Assembly: GCA_036507075.1 (NCBI GenBank)
Contig: DASXQR010000212.1
Span: 1 to 43,005, forward strand
Length of the DNA stretch: 43,005 nucleotides
Reading direction: 5' to 3'
DNA from: Acidobacteriota bacterium
GTDB taxonomy: Bacteria; Acidobacteriota; UBA6911; JACQSX01
In this document: piece after piece, positions 19,211-29,959 of the stretch
How positions within the stretch are numbered: the stretch's first letter is position 1
Layout of the letters: the number at the start of each line of letters is the position of its first letter
Program-made: the position numbers and the translations under genes
Notes under the pieces: generated by a model
What the model saw: only the letters and a program-made list of their open reading frames with translations
Told to the model about the DNA's origin: nothing
Databases searched by the model: none

Positions 19211-20017
19211 TCAGACCACATAGATACCACGGTGAAGCTTTCGGCTCTCCTCGGGCCTCGCGGCAAAGACGTTCGTTCCTTTTCGTATCAGCACACGATC
19301 TTCAAAATGATATACGTCTTTCCGATTCCAGGGTGGTACGGCGATAGCGATAACTTCGTGCCCTAGAACCGTCACGGTGTGCAGCTTGACAACGGCGGCG
19401 GGGAAAATATTGCTCTTAACTGAATTCTGTACCGCTTGGTCGAGCTTTTGGCGGCTTATATCCGAGCCCTGTATTGTGCCGCTGTCGTCCACGCCATAAA
19501 GAACTCTTCCACCCTGCCGCGTGTTCAACATCGCAGCGATCTCACGTGCAATCTTGTTTGCCGCCGTACCCTGTCCCTTAAATTCACAAATCTGATCTTC
19601 TCCACGCCGGCATATGTCGAGCATCTCGTTTTCAGTTGGGACCGGTAGAGACGGCGGCCGTCTTGCCTTGCTAGATTTTGAGTTGGATTGGAATGGAGAA
19701 CGCCGGGAGGAGTGGGTCAGCATTTTGGACGGACCCTGAAAATACGTTGTTGGGATCGTTCGGGCCAGCGGCACCTTTTCATATACGGGAAATCCGTCAA
19801 CTCTAAGAGAGTTCCCATCTTTGGTGCCTCTGGGCTGAATAAGGCCGCCGTCCGCCAAGAGCCTCAAATCCCTTGACACATTGTTGATGTGCCTTCGCGT
19901 GGTTTTTGCAATCTCGACCGTGTTGCGACGACCATTGACAAGCTCGAAGATTCGAAGCCGCCCTTGCGCCTGGGAAAAAAGAAAGCGCCCGCGAGTTATC
20001 AGTTCTTGGAGATCCAT
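19211..20017 (-). CDS. wHTH + Schlafen/AlbA_2 domain protein
   Basis: N-terminal wHTH (NNVSRDLRLLADGGLI); GEDQICEFK, IAAMLNTRQGGRVLYGVDDSG. Confidence 0.85.
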   Translation of the reverse strand: MDLQELITRGRFLFSQAQGRLRIFELVNGRRNTVEIAKTTRRHINNVSRDLRLLADGGLIQPRGTKDGNSLRVDGFPVYEKVPLARTIPTTYFQGPSKMLTHSSRRSPFQSNSKSSKARRPPSLPVPTENEMLDICRRGEDQICEFKGQGTAANKIAREIAAMLNTRQGGRVLYGVDDSGTIQGSDISRQKLDQAVQNSVKSNIFPAAVVKLHTVTVLGHEVIAIAVPPWNRKDVYHFEDRVLIRKGTNVFAARPEESRKLHRGIYVV

Positions 20018-20028
20018 TCGAAGAGGCC

Positions 20029-20316
20029 TTACAAGACTCGGCGATATTGCTTGCCATCTTTCACCAGCAGCCCTATTTGCTCCCACTTCTGCCAGAGCCG
20101 AGATATCGTCCCAGTGGAAAGGCCAGTTTTCTTGGCAAGTTGTGAAACAGGTAGTTTCCCAGTTTCTTCCAACAACAACCGGTGATTCCTGTCGCTAAGT
20201 ATTTCATCAAGGCGATCGGAAAGGACCGTCCTAGCAATAAGCGCAAGTAACTCTTCGATCCGCCTTAACGCCTGGACCTCCAGGGGAATCTCTGCTTTCT
20301 TTCTTGGGGATGTCAT
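20029..20316 (-). CDS. Small winged-HTH protein
   Basis: VSQLAKKTGLSTGTISRLWQKWEQIGLLVKDGKQY. Confidence 0.78.
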   Translation of the reverse strand: MTSPRKKAEIPLEVQALRRIEELLALIARTVLSDRLDEILSDRNHRLLLEETGKLPVSQLAKKTGLSTGTISRLWQKWEQIGLLVKDGKQYRRVL

Positions 20317-20341
20317 AGGAAAAAGTGTCTCCATTACGCGG

Positions 20342-21043
20342 CTAGACGCGATCAAGGTATATGGTTCCGTGGTCAATGACTCCCAGGATCGTGTCGATGA
20401 AGCTGCAGAACTTTAGCGCATCTTCGCGGGTGAATTTGTCACTTAGATGATGGTGGGTCTTGTTCCGAAATACAAGCATGACGCCTTTGCAAATACTGTG
20501 AAATCCCTCCTGTTCGTCCTTATCCGCACTCACGCTAATGACTGCCTTTTGAGGGTCAGGGTTTAGAACTTTACCCACGAGATTCACAGGATTCATGTTA
20601 GTAATTCCCGACTTCGTTTTGAGACGATCGTCTAGAACTGTCGACGCCTCGCGGATCACTCGGTCGAAGTGCTTCTTCGCCTGGAGTAGGTCCTTACACC
20701 GCGCGCGTAGCTGTTCATCCCCCAGCAGAGTACGGATTGTGGCGGCCGTGATCGGTTCCGCTTTTCGCGGCGCCGACACTTTGGCATTGCTGATGCGAGG
20801 GCTTGCGGCAGTAGATCCTGGCCCTAAGCTCCGAACCTCCTGGCGCACTTCAGCCGGTACTTTGTTGAGTGCATTGGCAATTCCAATTCCGAACTCCTTT
20901 GCCCAAATTAGTTGTGCCGCAGCAGATGAGATGCCTTGCTTGCTTGCTCTCCTACTAATTCGTTCACGCAGGTATTGCTCGGGCTTACCCGACTTCCTGG
21001 CCATTTTCGCGAGCAAGTCTGCATTTAGGCGTTTCTGCGGCAT
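20342..21043 (-). CDS. TIGR02391/Ymh family (HEPN-like) protein
   Basis: VIREASTVLDDRLK..NLVGKVL..EQEGFHSICKGVMLVFRNKTHH (RxxxxH). Confidence 0.8.
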   Translation of the reverse strand: MPQKRLNADLLAKMARKSGKPEQYLRERISRRASKQGISSAAAQLIWAKEFGIGIANALNKVPAEVRQEVRSLGPGSTAASPRISNAKVSAPRKAEPITAATIRTLLGDEQLRARCKDLLQAKKHFDRVIREASTVLDDRLKTKSGITNMNPVNLVGKVLNPDPQKAVISVSADKDEQEGFHSICKGVMLVFRNKTHHHLSDKFTREDALKFCSFIDTILGVIDHGTIYLDRV

Positions 21044-21053
21044 AACTCAAAAC

Positions 21054-21245
21054 CTACTCCACTGCTTCACGCTTTGCCTTCTTTAAATGCCTCGCGATCC
21101 GGCTGACACGGTGCATATTGCAGCCCGCGATCTTACGGATTTCGGACTGCGAAACGCCTGCCTTTGCCAACTCCACAATCAAGAGGTTACGAAGCAGCTC
21201 GGCGGTTGGATCGTCTAGTTGCGGTTTTCGCTTCTTTGGAGACAT
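21054..21245 (-). CDS. Small HTH protein
   Basis: AGVSQSEIRKIAGCNMHRVSRI; tight spacing in operon. Confidence 0.72.
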   Translation of the reverse strand: MSPKKRKPQLDDPTAELLRNLLIVELAKAGVSQSEIRKIAGCNMHRVSRIARHLKKAKREAVE

Positions 21246-21253
21246 ACTGTTTG

Positions 21254-21502
21254 TCACATCTTCTTCTTGGCGGGTGTTGATTTCCCCTTCTTCTGCTTTG
21301 CTTTGCGCAGGTTGGTTAGTGCTACGCTTACTGTATTCGAGGTGGTACCAAGTAAATCGGCAATCTCCTTTGGCTGAAAGCCTACACGATCCAGAAGTGC
21401 GATTTGCTCGTTCTGCCTCATCCCCTTAGTGACGCTGACAGTAAGGACGCGAAGTAGCTGGTCCAATTTAGCTAACACCAAATGTTCAAAAGTTTTGGGC
21501 AT
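21254..21502 (-). CDS. Small HTH protein, paralog of 21516-21758
   Basis: KLDQLLRVL..GFQPKEIADLLGTTSNTVSVAL..Lys-rich tail. Confidence 0.8.
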   Translation of the reverse strand: MPKTFEHLVLAKLDQLLRVLTVSVTKGMRQNEQIALLDRVGFQPKEIADLLGTTSNTVSVALTNLRKAKQKKGKSTPAKKKM

Positions 21503-21515
21503 AAGGAAAAGTCTC

Positions 21516-21758
21516 CTAAACGGACGCCGCTTTCCGGCCTTTACCGGCTCGCTTGGCCTTCCGCAAGGCAACAAGTTCGACCCTAACGGTGTTGCTGGTT
21601 GTGCCCAAAAGCTCCGCTATTGCCTTCGGTGAAAAACCGGCTCCGTCGAGCAGTTCGATTCGTTCTCGCTGTTTGACTCCGCGAGTCGCGGTCACGACCA
21701 AAATTCGAAGAATTTGATCCAGCTTTTCGAGTGTTTGTTCCTCAATCGTTTCTGCCAT
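21516..21758 (-). CDS. Small HTH protein
   Basis: KLDQILRIL..GFSPKAIAELLGTTSNTVRVEL..basic tail. Confidence 0.8.
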   Translation of the reverse strand: MAETIEEQTLEKLDQILRILVVTATRGVKQRERIELLDGAGFSPKAIAELLGTTSNTVRVELVALRKAKRAGKGRKAASV

Positions 21759-21965
21759 ACTTTCTAATAACAAACCCTCCATTTTAAATGTTAATGCCAG
21801 TATAAATGCATTAGGTGGAATAGGTCAACAACTCACTGATACAATGTGACATGAGTAGGATGACCTAATGAAGAAGTCCGCTAGTTTTCGAGGGCAGTAT
21901 TGGGGTCGCTTAGTTCTTACAGATCCCCAGAGGAAGGAGCGGGAGAAGATGGAGGGCGTGAGGGC

Positions 21966-23501
21966 TTACCTCCTTCCGGCAGTGGCCTTGTGGCGCGGGC
22001 GCTTGTCGTCGCTCTTCTGCGTTGCCCTTTCGCGTTCCACTTTGATGCGTTCTAGCAGTACCGAGGCGGGTTCGTAGGTGCGGTCTTCGCGGCGGGCGAG
22101 TTCCGCTTCGGTCGGGACGAGTTCGCCGCGGAATGCTTTTGCGAGGATCGCTTGCGTGAGTTTGTCGGCTCGCGTCATTGCCGCCTCTACCCTTTTCTCA
22201 ATCATGTCCGCAAGGTTGAAGAGGGCTCCGACCCGCCGGACGATTTCGCGTCGTTCATCAATCGAGGGCAGACCAACAGGCATTTCTTTGATGTTGTCGA
22301 GGTTTAGTCCGGGCTTACCAGCACCATAAGCATCATTAATCAGCTTTGCGCGCCCCTGGTTTGGGCTGACTGCCCACAGATATAGGAATTGACCCAGGGA
22401 TGGATCGATAGGCCGGACAAGCGCAATATGTTGGCTGACATACGCCTCTGGAAGATCGATTTCTACAAGAGCAGACTTCGTAACGTTGGCCCCCGTGATC
22501 GTGACCAAGAGATCGCCTCGTTCTATCCGCGTCCTTCTTCCTTCTGCATTGTTCGGCGGATCAACGTGTGCCACACCACGAAGACGCAAAGAATCCGTAT
22601 TGATATTCTCAGCACGAATGAAATACGGGCCGGAATCCACGTAATACTTGGCCCACCCGCGCGACCCACTGGTCACAAGACAGGTCAGCTGGTCCATGCT
22701 TGCCAACTCCCATTCTTCAGGAACTTCGGAGAGAAACGTGGTGTCTGGCTGACATGGTTCATGATACCGGCCGAGTCCAGATTCTTTGGTCCTGTGTTTT
22801 CGACGGGAGAGAACATCCGCGAGCAGTTTCTTTACCCCATCTCCTTGTGGGTTACTCTTTCGCCAATCTTCGGTGAGGCGGCCGGAGCAGGCGGCGGCGA
22901 GGATAGCTTGGCGAAAGCGCTTGAGGATTTTGGGGACTCTAGCGAGGCGTTCGCGGGCCGCGTTGACTTGGGCGAGGAGCGCTTCGATTTTGACGACAAT
23001 CCGCTCTTGTTCGGAGAGAGGCGGGAGCGGCACTGGAATCTCGGCGACGGAGCGTGAGGAAAGGTGGCGCACCGTCTGAGAGGATGTGTTTTCGTTAATT
23101 GCATCAAGGTAGGCCGGTAGTACGAGTTCGAGAAAGACTGGATTGTAGTTTGCCGTAAGGAGCTCTACTTTGCAGACGCGCTGGTTAAGCAGTGCGTCAG
23201 TCCCTTGCCAAAGCGCGCACTTAAAATCGCCATCCATTCCGACTACGAGATCACCAGCCCTTACAAGGTACTCTGCATCAAATGGGCCGCCGTAGAAACA
23301 CCCGGTCGTGTTGTTTCCGATGTCTCGTATTCTTAATAATGGCACGCCGGTCGCTCTATTGAAGTATTTCGACTCGAATGCAAAACCATTCAGAATCTTT
23401 GCGATCGTAGAAAGTTCTACGCGCTTCCATAACGAATGAATACCTAGTAAGGGATTATGAGACTCGGATACGATTTCGGAAACCGGTACTGTCAAACTCA
23501 T
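21966..23501 (-). CDS. hsdS: Type I R-M specificity subunit
   Basis: Two TRDs with PLPPLSEQERIV and LPSIDERREIV repeats; QAILAKAFRGELVP. Confidence 0.93.
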   Translation of the reverse strand: MSLTVPVSEIVSESHNPLLGIHSLWKRVELSTIAKILNGFAFESKYFNRATGVPLLRIRDIGNNTTGCFYGGPFDAEYLVRAGDLVVGMDGDFKCALWQGTDALLNQRVCKVELLTANYNPVFLELVLPAYLDAINENTSSQTVRHLSSRSVAEIPVPLPPLSEQERIVVKIEALLAQVNAARERLARVPKILKRFRQAILAAACSGRLTEDWRKSNPQGDGVKKLLADVLSRRKHRTKESGLGRYHEPCQPDTTFLSEVPEEWELASMDQLTCLVTSGSRGWAKYYVDSGPYFIRAENINTDSLRLRGVAHVDPPNNAEGRRTRIERGDLLVTITGANVTKSALVEIDLPEAYVSQHIALVRPIDPSLGQFLYLWAVSPNQGRAKLINDAYGAGKPGLNLDNIKEMPVGLPSIDERREIVRRVGALFNLADMIEKRVEAAMTRADKLTQAILAKAFRGELVPTEAELARREDRTYEPASVLLERIKVERERATQKSDDKRPRHKATAGRR

Positions 23502-24991
23502 AGTTTCTTTGCTGACTTTGTTGTAGCCAGCGCAGCGTTATCGTTGCCGTTTTCGAGAAGTGCAATCACGGCATTTAACTCATCGACGGCGTTTTCGAGT
23601 TCGGCGATGGCGTCGGTGGCAAGCTCCTCCGGTTCGGGAAGTTCATCACTGTCGTCGAGCGATTCGTCCTTCAACCACTTGAGCGAGTCAACCTTGTAGT
23701 CCCGCTTTTTGATCTCATCAATCGTGAATGAGCGCCATCGGTCTTCCTTGGAGTCGGATACTTTCCGCTTTGCACGGCCGTTCGAGTCCGAACCGTAACA
23801 CTTTTCAAATTCCGCGAAGTGCTCGGGTGTGAGCGGCCGGTCCTTTTTGGTGATGCGCGGAACGTTTGTCCTCGCGTCGTAGACCCAGAGGGTCTCGGTC
23901 GAGTATCCCTTGGTGAAGAAGGCCACGTTGGTCTTGGTACCGGGACTGTACGGCGAGAAGGTGCCATTGGGAAGGCGCAGCACGGTGTGGACATTGCAGT
24001 CCTGCATGAGGATTTCAAAAACGTCGCCTGCCTGATCTGCAAACAGGCAGTTATCGGGGAGCACAATGGCCGCCCGGCCGCCCTTTTTGAGAATCGTAAG
24101 CACGTGCTGCAGGAAGTTCAACTGCTTGTTGGTCGTCTCTATGGTGAAGTCCTCGCGGTTGGGGACGTCGTTTGCCCCTTTGGTGCCGAAGGGTGGATTC
24201 GTGAGGACGACGTCAAAATGCCTCCCGTCGGCGGACTCGTAGATTGAATCCCCGCCTTTGATCTGCGGCTCCAGGCCGTGGAGGTAGAGATTCATAAGCG
24301 CCAGGCGCTTCGGTCGGTCCACAAGCTCCTGGCCGAAGTAGGTTGCGCTTCTTACACGCTTTGCAAGCGCCTTATCCATGGCGCCGCCTTTTGTCGCGTC
24401 GATCAGCCACTCATAGGCGGCAACGAGGAATCCTCCGGTACCGCAGGCCGGGTCGCAGATCGTAAACTCTGCGTGGGCGCGCGGGTCCGGTTTAACACAA
24501 CGGACGATGGATTTGATTAGAATGCGCGGCGTGAAGTACTGGCCGGCGCCTTTCTTCCCCTCGCTTGCCGCCTTTTCCAACAATCCTTCGAAAGCCGCGG
24601 CTTTGATGTCGATGTCAAGCGACGTCCACTCAACCTCGTCAATCACGCCGGTGAGCTTTTTTAAGTTCACGGGATTGTTAAAGCGAGAAACGGCCTTCGC
24701 GAATATGGCCCCCAGCAGGCCCTTCTGTCGTCCCAAGGCCTGAAGCACGTGGATGTAGTGTTCATTTAACGCGAGGCCCGACTTTGCTTCGAGCGCGGGC
24801 CAGGAACAATCTACCTCCACTTCCTTTCCCTTCTCGTCGGTGTACACGGTACGGCTCAAATCAATCCCGCGCTCGTCCGCCATTTTCAAAAAGAGCAGGT
24901 AGGTCAACTGCTCGATGTAGTCCCCGTAGTCAATGCCGTCGTGGCGCAGGGTGTGGCAGAAGCCCCACAGTTTTTGTACGACGTCGCTCAT
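23498..24991 (-). CDS. hsdM: Type I R-M N6-adenine methyltransferase
   Basis: GQYFTPR, DPACGTGGFL, NPPF. Confidence 0.95.
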   Translation of the reverse strand: MSDVVQKLWGFCHTLRHDGIDYGDYIEQLTYLLFLKMADERGIDLSRTVYTDEKGKEVEVDCSWPALEAKSGLALNEHYIHVLQALGRQKGLLGAIFAKAVSRFNNPVNLKKLTGVIDEVEWTSLDIDIKAAAFEGLLEKAASEGKKGAGQYFTPRILIKSIVRCVKPDPRAHAEFTICDPACGTGGFLVAAYEWLIDATKGGAMDKALAKRVRSATYFGQELVDRPKRLALMNLYLHGLEPQIKGGDSIYESADGRHFDVVLTNPPFGTKGANDVPNREDFTIETTNKQLNFLQHVLTILKKGGRAAIVLPDNCLFADQAGDVFEILMQDCNVHTVLRLPNGTFSPYSPGTKTNVAFFTKGYSTETLWVYDARTNVPRITKKDRPLTPEHFAEFEKCYGSDSNGRAKRKVSDSKEDRWRSFTIDEIKKRDYKVDSLKWLKDESLDDSDELPEPEELATDAIAELENAVDELNAVIALLENGNDNAALATTKSAKKL

Positions 24992-27695
24992 GCTGCGATT
25001 GCCTCGTTAAATTGCCGGATAAGCTGCGGGAGGGAACCCGCGAAGATTTTATTTGCGCGACCCCAGCCCCCCGCGCGCTCGAAGATAGGAAAGGTATTGA
25101 AGTCGTCTTCCTCGATCGAGAGGTTCTCCACCAGGTGCGCGCGGATGCGGTCAAGCCAGTGCCGCTGCGCATCGGTGAAGGCCTTGCCGTCCGTCACCTG
25201 CTCGAAAGCGAGGTTTACGCGCTCTTCGGCGTTCAGGAGCGGTGAGGCATCGTCGGCCGCGTGCTTGACCATGGAAATAATGTCGGCAAGGGCCTTATCG
25301 TAGCGAAGCTTGTGGGCGACCTGGAGGTTTTTAACCGTGAAGTGCTGCGGGGCGGCGGCAAGCTTCTCGCGGAGTTCCAATAACGCGTTCGTGTTCCAGT
25401 CCCGCGGCCGGTTCAGGAGAATGCCGATGGCCTTGATGTGGGACGGGTTATTTCGCACAAAGTTTGCAAAGGCCGTCAGGTAATCCTCGGGCTTGTATCC
25501 TTTCCCATCCGTCTCTCGAACCCGCCATTCTGAACTTACCGTGTCCTGCGTCTCGTGGGCGATAAGGAAGGTGCGTTTCTTGCGGATGTAGTTGATGAGG
25601 AGGTCCTGGAAATTCTGGTCGCGGAGGATTTGCATTGTTGCCGTGAAGTTTTCTTTGAGCCGCCGCAAGAGTTCTCCAGCGAAACGGCCGATGTCTCCGT
25701 CCGGGATAAAGGCGGCGAAATCCTCCCGTGCCTCGCCGGCCATTTCCTTCTCAATCCGGCGGAGGCGCTTCACCAGGCAGCGGATGTTGTACTCCCGGTC
25801 GCGGTTCTCCCAAATCGCCTGGATAATCTCGGCGATGGTCCGCGCTTCCTTTTGCGGCGGCTCGGCGGTGATCGCCGTTACACTCTTGAAATACTCAAGC
25901 AGCGTCCCATCGAAGCAGTCAAAAACCACGAAATGAGATTTATTCGGATACTGCTCACCCTTGCGCGTGCCGCGACCGAGCATCTGCTCAAAAAGGATGC
26001 GGGATTTTACGGGCCGAAGGAAGACGATGTATTCAAGATCGGGTATGTCGACGCCGGTGGAAAGCATATCCACCGTGACGACGGTCCCCGGCTCGGGACG
26101 GTTCCGGAATTCCCGAATACGCTGGAGAGGACGGTCCACGGTGGGACTTCCGGTGATCTTTCGCACGAACGCATCGCCCCGCCCGAAGACGTCGCGGGCC
26201 AGATCAACCAACTGGTCGCTGTGTGAAGTGTGGGCGATGTCGTTTGCGGCGAAAATGAGTGTTTTGGGAAAGCGGGCGTAAAGAGCCTCATGTTCGAGCG
26301 CATACTTTTTGACTTCTTCGAGAATTTTGCGGTTGGAGTCTGGCGATGTTACCTTCTCTTCGACCTCTGTGGTGTCGAATTGGCGCTCATCCTCCATTTC
26401 GTCCAGTTGCTTGCTTCCCGTTTCCGGATCGACGAAGCTCACCTGCTCGCCTTCTTTGAGAAACACCCCCTGCATGCGGACGTTGGATTTGATCGAGACG
26501 ACGTCGTAATCGACCAGAAACCCTTCGCGGACTGCGCGCTCGTACTCGTAGCGGTATACGACATCCTTGAAATAGGAGGTCGTGTGGACGGCGGGAGTGG
26601 CCGTGAGCCCGATCTTAATCGCGTCAAAATGGTCGAGAGCCTGTCGCCAGATCGCGGTTTCCTTTGCGGTGTAGCCGCGGTGGCACTCGTCGGCGATGAT
26701 GAGGTCGAAAGCGTGAATGGGGATCGGTTCTGGTTCGACGTCTTCTTCAACCTCTTCGGCCCCGAGCTCCGGGATGACATCGCGGCCGAAGAGGTTGATC
26801 GTCATGCGCTGGATGGTGGAGATGTAGACAAATGGATGGTTCGGCTTGGGTTTTTCAAGTAGCCCTTGGGCAGCTCTTTCGGGTCGAACTTTTCGTCCTC
26901 GCCGAAATCTTCCTTGTGAAAGCGCTGATGGTAGACCTCGTAGACCTGATTGAACTTGTAGCCGGGCTCGGCTTCAAAGGAGGCAAAGGCCTTTACAGCC
27001 TGTGCGGCAAGCGCTCGACGGTCCACAAGGAAGAGAACTCTTTGCGCCACACCCGACTTCATCAGGCGGTAAGCCTCGTTTACCAGCGTGAAAGTCTTGC
27101 CGGTACCGGTCGCCATTGCAACCAGCATCCAGCGCTTGCGGTTTGCGATCGCTTTCTCGATTGCTGCGTTCGCTTCCTTTTGGTAGGGGCGGATGAGCGT
27201 GTGGTCGTTTGGGGTCTCGGATAATTTGTCGCACGCCGTTTCAATATCCCGTCCCAGGGATTCGACCAGAGCGTCGGGTGTATGGAACCGGGCGATTTGT
27301 CTCGACCGGTTGAGTTCGTGGCGGATGTCGTGGTGCCAGATCACTTCGCCATTTGTCGAATAAAGGAATGGCACTCCGTAGCCGCGGAAGTTGAAGGGTT
27401 TGCCCGCCAGTCCCTTCGCGTAGCGTTCGGCTTGGGAGAGAACGTTCTGCGGGCCGAGGGTGAGTTTCTTGGCTTCGACGACACCGAGAATCTTGCCGTC
27501 AACGCAGAGAGCATAGTCGGACGGCCCGTTTTCCGTCGGGTACTCTTCGATCGCGCAGCGGTCGTAAGCGCGGAGGGGTTTCGAGGAATCGAACGTGTTT
27601 TCGGGAACGATGCGCCAACCGGCATCGGTAAGCCGTTTATCGATGAGCTGTTTTCGGGTGAGTTTCTCCGAGTTTTTAGGTGAAGCCTTCAGCAT
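24988..27695 (-). pseudogene. hsdR: Type I restriction subunit split by a frameshift near 26850
   Basis: 5' ORF 26802-27695 (VEAK, MATGTGKT) joins in the -1 frame via KPNHPFVYISTIQRM to 24988-26805 (DECHR, TATP, QMLGRGTR, EcoEI-type C-terminus). Confidence 0.9.
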
Positions 27696-27915
27696 CTCTA
27701 AATCTCCGGTTCATTATTGGTTAATAAGGCCGGGCTTGCTCTGAAACAGCGACACAATCGTCTTGAATTGTAATGCTTTGGCGTGTTTTGGGCAAACTTA
27801 GCAGTTTATCTTTTCTTGAACTTTGGTTCATGGGATTTGAGGCTGCGCAGCTCTCAATGTCGCGCCAGTTCTCCCTACCGCGTTCGGTTCTTCGGGTTTA
27901 CAATTCGAGTCGATT

Positions 27916-28311
27916 ATGCGGAACATTTTCGACCAATATAAGCAGCCTGAGAATCGGCTTACCCATGCCCTGGTTTCTGCGCTTGAGGCAGACTCGAGGT
28001 TGCTCGGCAAGTTTGTCAAGTCGGTAACCGATGGGAATGCTCCCGCCGCCAAGAAATTGAAGGTTCTTGAGCAGCGCCTACCTGGTGAGGAAGAACCCGC
28101 AAGCGAAGAGGAAGCCGAACGGCGCGGCTTGCCGGATGCCTGGATTCACGACGGAAACGCGTGGGCGCTGATCATCGAGAGTAAGATCACATCCCGCTTG
28201 AAAAAGGAGCAGTTGGAACGACACCGGCGCGTTGCCATCCGACGGGCGTTCTCCGAAATCCATCTTCTAGCCATTGTTGTGGCTCGGCCGATTGCAGCCT
28301 CGCATCAGTGA
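27916..28311 (+). CDS. PD-(D/E)XK-like nuclease domain protein, probably truncated
   Basis: ENRLTHAL, PDAWIHD..LIIESK..QLERH. Confidence 0.6.
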   Translation: MRNIFDQYKQPENRLTHALVSALEADSRLLGKFVKSVTDGNAPAAKKLKVLEQRLPGEEEPASEEEAERRGLPDAWIHDGNAWALIIESKITSRLKKEQLERHRRVAIRRAFSEIHLLAIVVARPIAASHQ

Positions 28312-28592
28312 TCGGCTCGGCTCGCTGTGAGGGATAGTGTCGCTGGAGAAATTTCCACCCGCGGTGTGGCTCCCTCGACTATGGAAAGTCATTGCGCAAA
28401 GTTATCCTGGATGGTCCGGAATATTTCTTGAAAACTCTGCTTACCCTTGACCATGAGATTTCGGCGGAACTCCCCACGTATGCCGTTCGGAACCGTAACG
28501 TTGACGAGGAGCATTTTCCCAATGGGCGCGGCGCCTCGTAGAATACGGCGAGGACTTCCCGCGATTTGTGACGGCTTATCCTGGAGCCAGTT

Positions 28593-28829
28593 ATGAGATT
28601 TAAGATTCTCGACACGGTTGTGCTTGAGAAAGACCTGCCCGATTATGGTCTACGGAAGGGCGATCTGGGTGCTGTCGTTCACGTCTACGAGCCGGATGGC
28701 TTAGAGGTCGAATTCGTTACAGCTTCTGGACGAACAGAGGCGCTCGTGACGCTGAACGTCGGTGATGTGCGGAGCGTTGCGGATACTGACCTTATCTCTG
28801 TTCGTTCATTCAATCGTCGTTCCGCCTGA
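28593..28829 (+). CDS. DUF4926 domain protein
   Basis: LDTVVLEKDLPDYGLRKGDLGAVVHVY..EVEFVTASGRT; preceded by a short DUF6883-like tail EDFPRFVTAYPG. Confidence 0.85.
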   Translation: MRFKILDTVVLEKDLPDYGLRKGDLGAVVHVYEPDGLEVEFVTASGRTEALVTLNVGDVRSVADTDLISVRSFNRRSA

Positions 28830-28870
28830 CAGGGTTGCGTTCGCAGATGATGATCACCTGACGATCCGGC

Positions 28871-28905
28871 AACACGAATTTCACGAATTTCACGAATTGC
28901 ACGAA
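28871..28905 (-). repeat. Nonamer array R8
   Basis: AACACGAATTTCACGAATTTCACGAATTGCACGAA. Confidence 0.85.
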
Positions 28906-28919
28906 ACGGATGGGGGCAA

Positions 28920-29119
28920 TTTCTGTCGCCGTGAAACCGAATCTGGACGTCATCAACGTCGACCGCCTCAAAACGGTACGGAGATCTGATGAGCGCAATC
29001 GTCTGACGCTTATTTTCAAGCTCTCCGTTGGGCGCTGTTCCCACGTAATCTTCCGCCAGAACCCGCTCAAACAAGGAGTCATCGTGCCTGATGTTGGCGT
29101 CCACCACCTCCTTCAGCAA
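28920..29119 (-). pseudogene. NTF2-like (DUF4440) fragment
   Basis: FERVLAEDYVGTAPNG..VDDVQIRFHGD, cut off near R8. Confidence 0.6.
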
Positions 29120-29220
29120 ACGCCGGAGTCTTGTTCATCGGCTGCCGGGTCTGACGAGTTGCGCGAATTGACGGCAACGAGTAAGGGCCGGGGCCCGTCG
29201 AACCTTGGCTGATGGCTTGA

Positions 29221-29243
29221 AATATTACAAGTTTTGTAATATT
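29221..29243. promoter_or_regulatory. Palindromic operator
   Basis: AATATTACAA-GTT-TTGTAATATT upstream of XRE gene. Confidence 0.7.
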
Positions 29244-29266
29244 ATTAGTGGGTGAGAGATGGATTT

Positions 29267-29959
29267 ATGACTGCCACGAATCTGAGAGTAGGGAGAGAAA
29301 ACAAGGGATGGACCCAGCAGCAGGCTGCTGAAAGACTGGGAGTGTCTCAGGCCTATCTGTCACTCTTGGAGAATGGGACGCGCAGGTTGACGGAACGGTT
29401 GGCTCGGCGGGCACGGGCGCTGTATGACATGTCTCCCACGGTTCTCCCTGTGCAATCTTCTGGAGATGACGTTTACGCCGCAGAGGAGAACAGGGCCGCC
29501 GGCGACCTTGCGGCTCTGGGTTATTCGGCTTTTTCCTACCTGACAGGAGGAAAAAAGAAGAAGAATCCCGCTGAGGTCGTAGCTTCGCTGCTTAAAGCTC
29601 GAGATCTCGACGCAAGGCTCACAGAAGCGCTTCCCTGGCTCCTTCTTGAATACCCGGATCTGGATTGGAACTGGTTGGCCAGGGTTTCCAAGGTTCACGA
29701 TCTGCAAAATCGTCTCGGCTTTGTCACCACGTTGGCACTGCGCCTTGCTGAGACGAAAGGAAACAGGCACGCAAGGGAGGTGTTGGCTCAACAGAGATCA
29801 AACCTGGAGCGATCACGTCTTGCCCGCGAAGACACCTTGTGCCACGAGTCATTGTCGGAGGCAGAAAAAAACTGGCTCCGCGAAAATCGTCCTCCGGCGG
29901 CCAGGCATTGGAATCTCCTGACAGATCTTTCGGTTGAACATTTGAACTATGGGGCCTGA
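29267..29959 (+). CDS. XRE-family HTH protein (putative antitoxin)
   Basis: GWTQQQAAERLGVSQAYLSLLENG; overlaps downstream nucleotidyltransferase. Confidence 0.85.
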   Translation: MTATNLRVGRENKGWTQQQAAERLGVSQAYLSLLENGTRRLTERLARRARALYDMSPTVLPVQSSGDDVYAAEENRAAGDLAALGYSAFSYLTGGKKKKNPAEVVASLLKARDLDARLTEALPWLLLEYPDLDWNWLARVSKVHDLQNRLGFVTTLALRLAETKGNRHAREVLAQQRSNLERSRLAREDTLCHESLSEAEKNWLRENRPPAARHWNLLTDLSVEHLNYGA

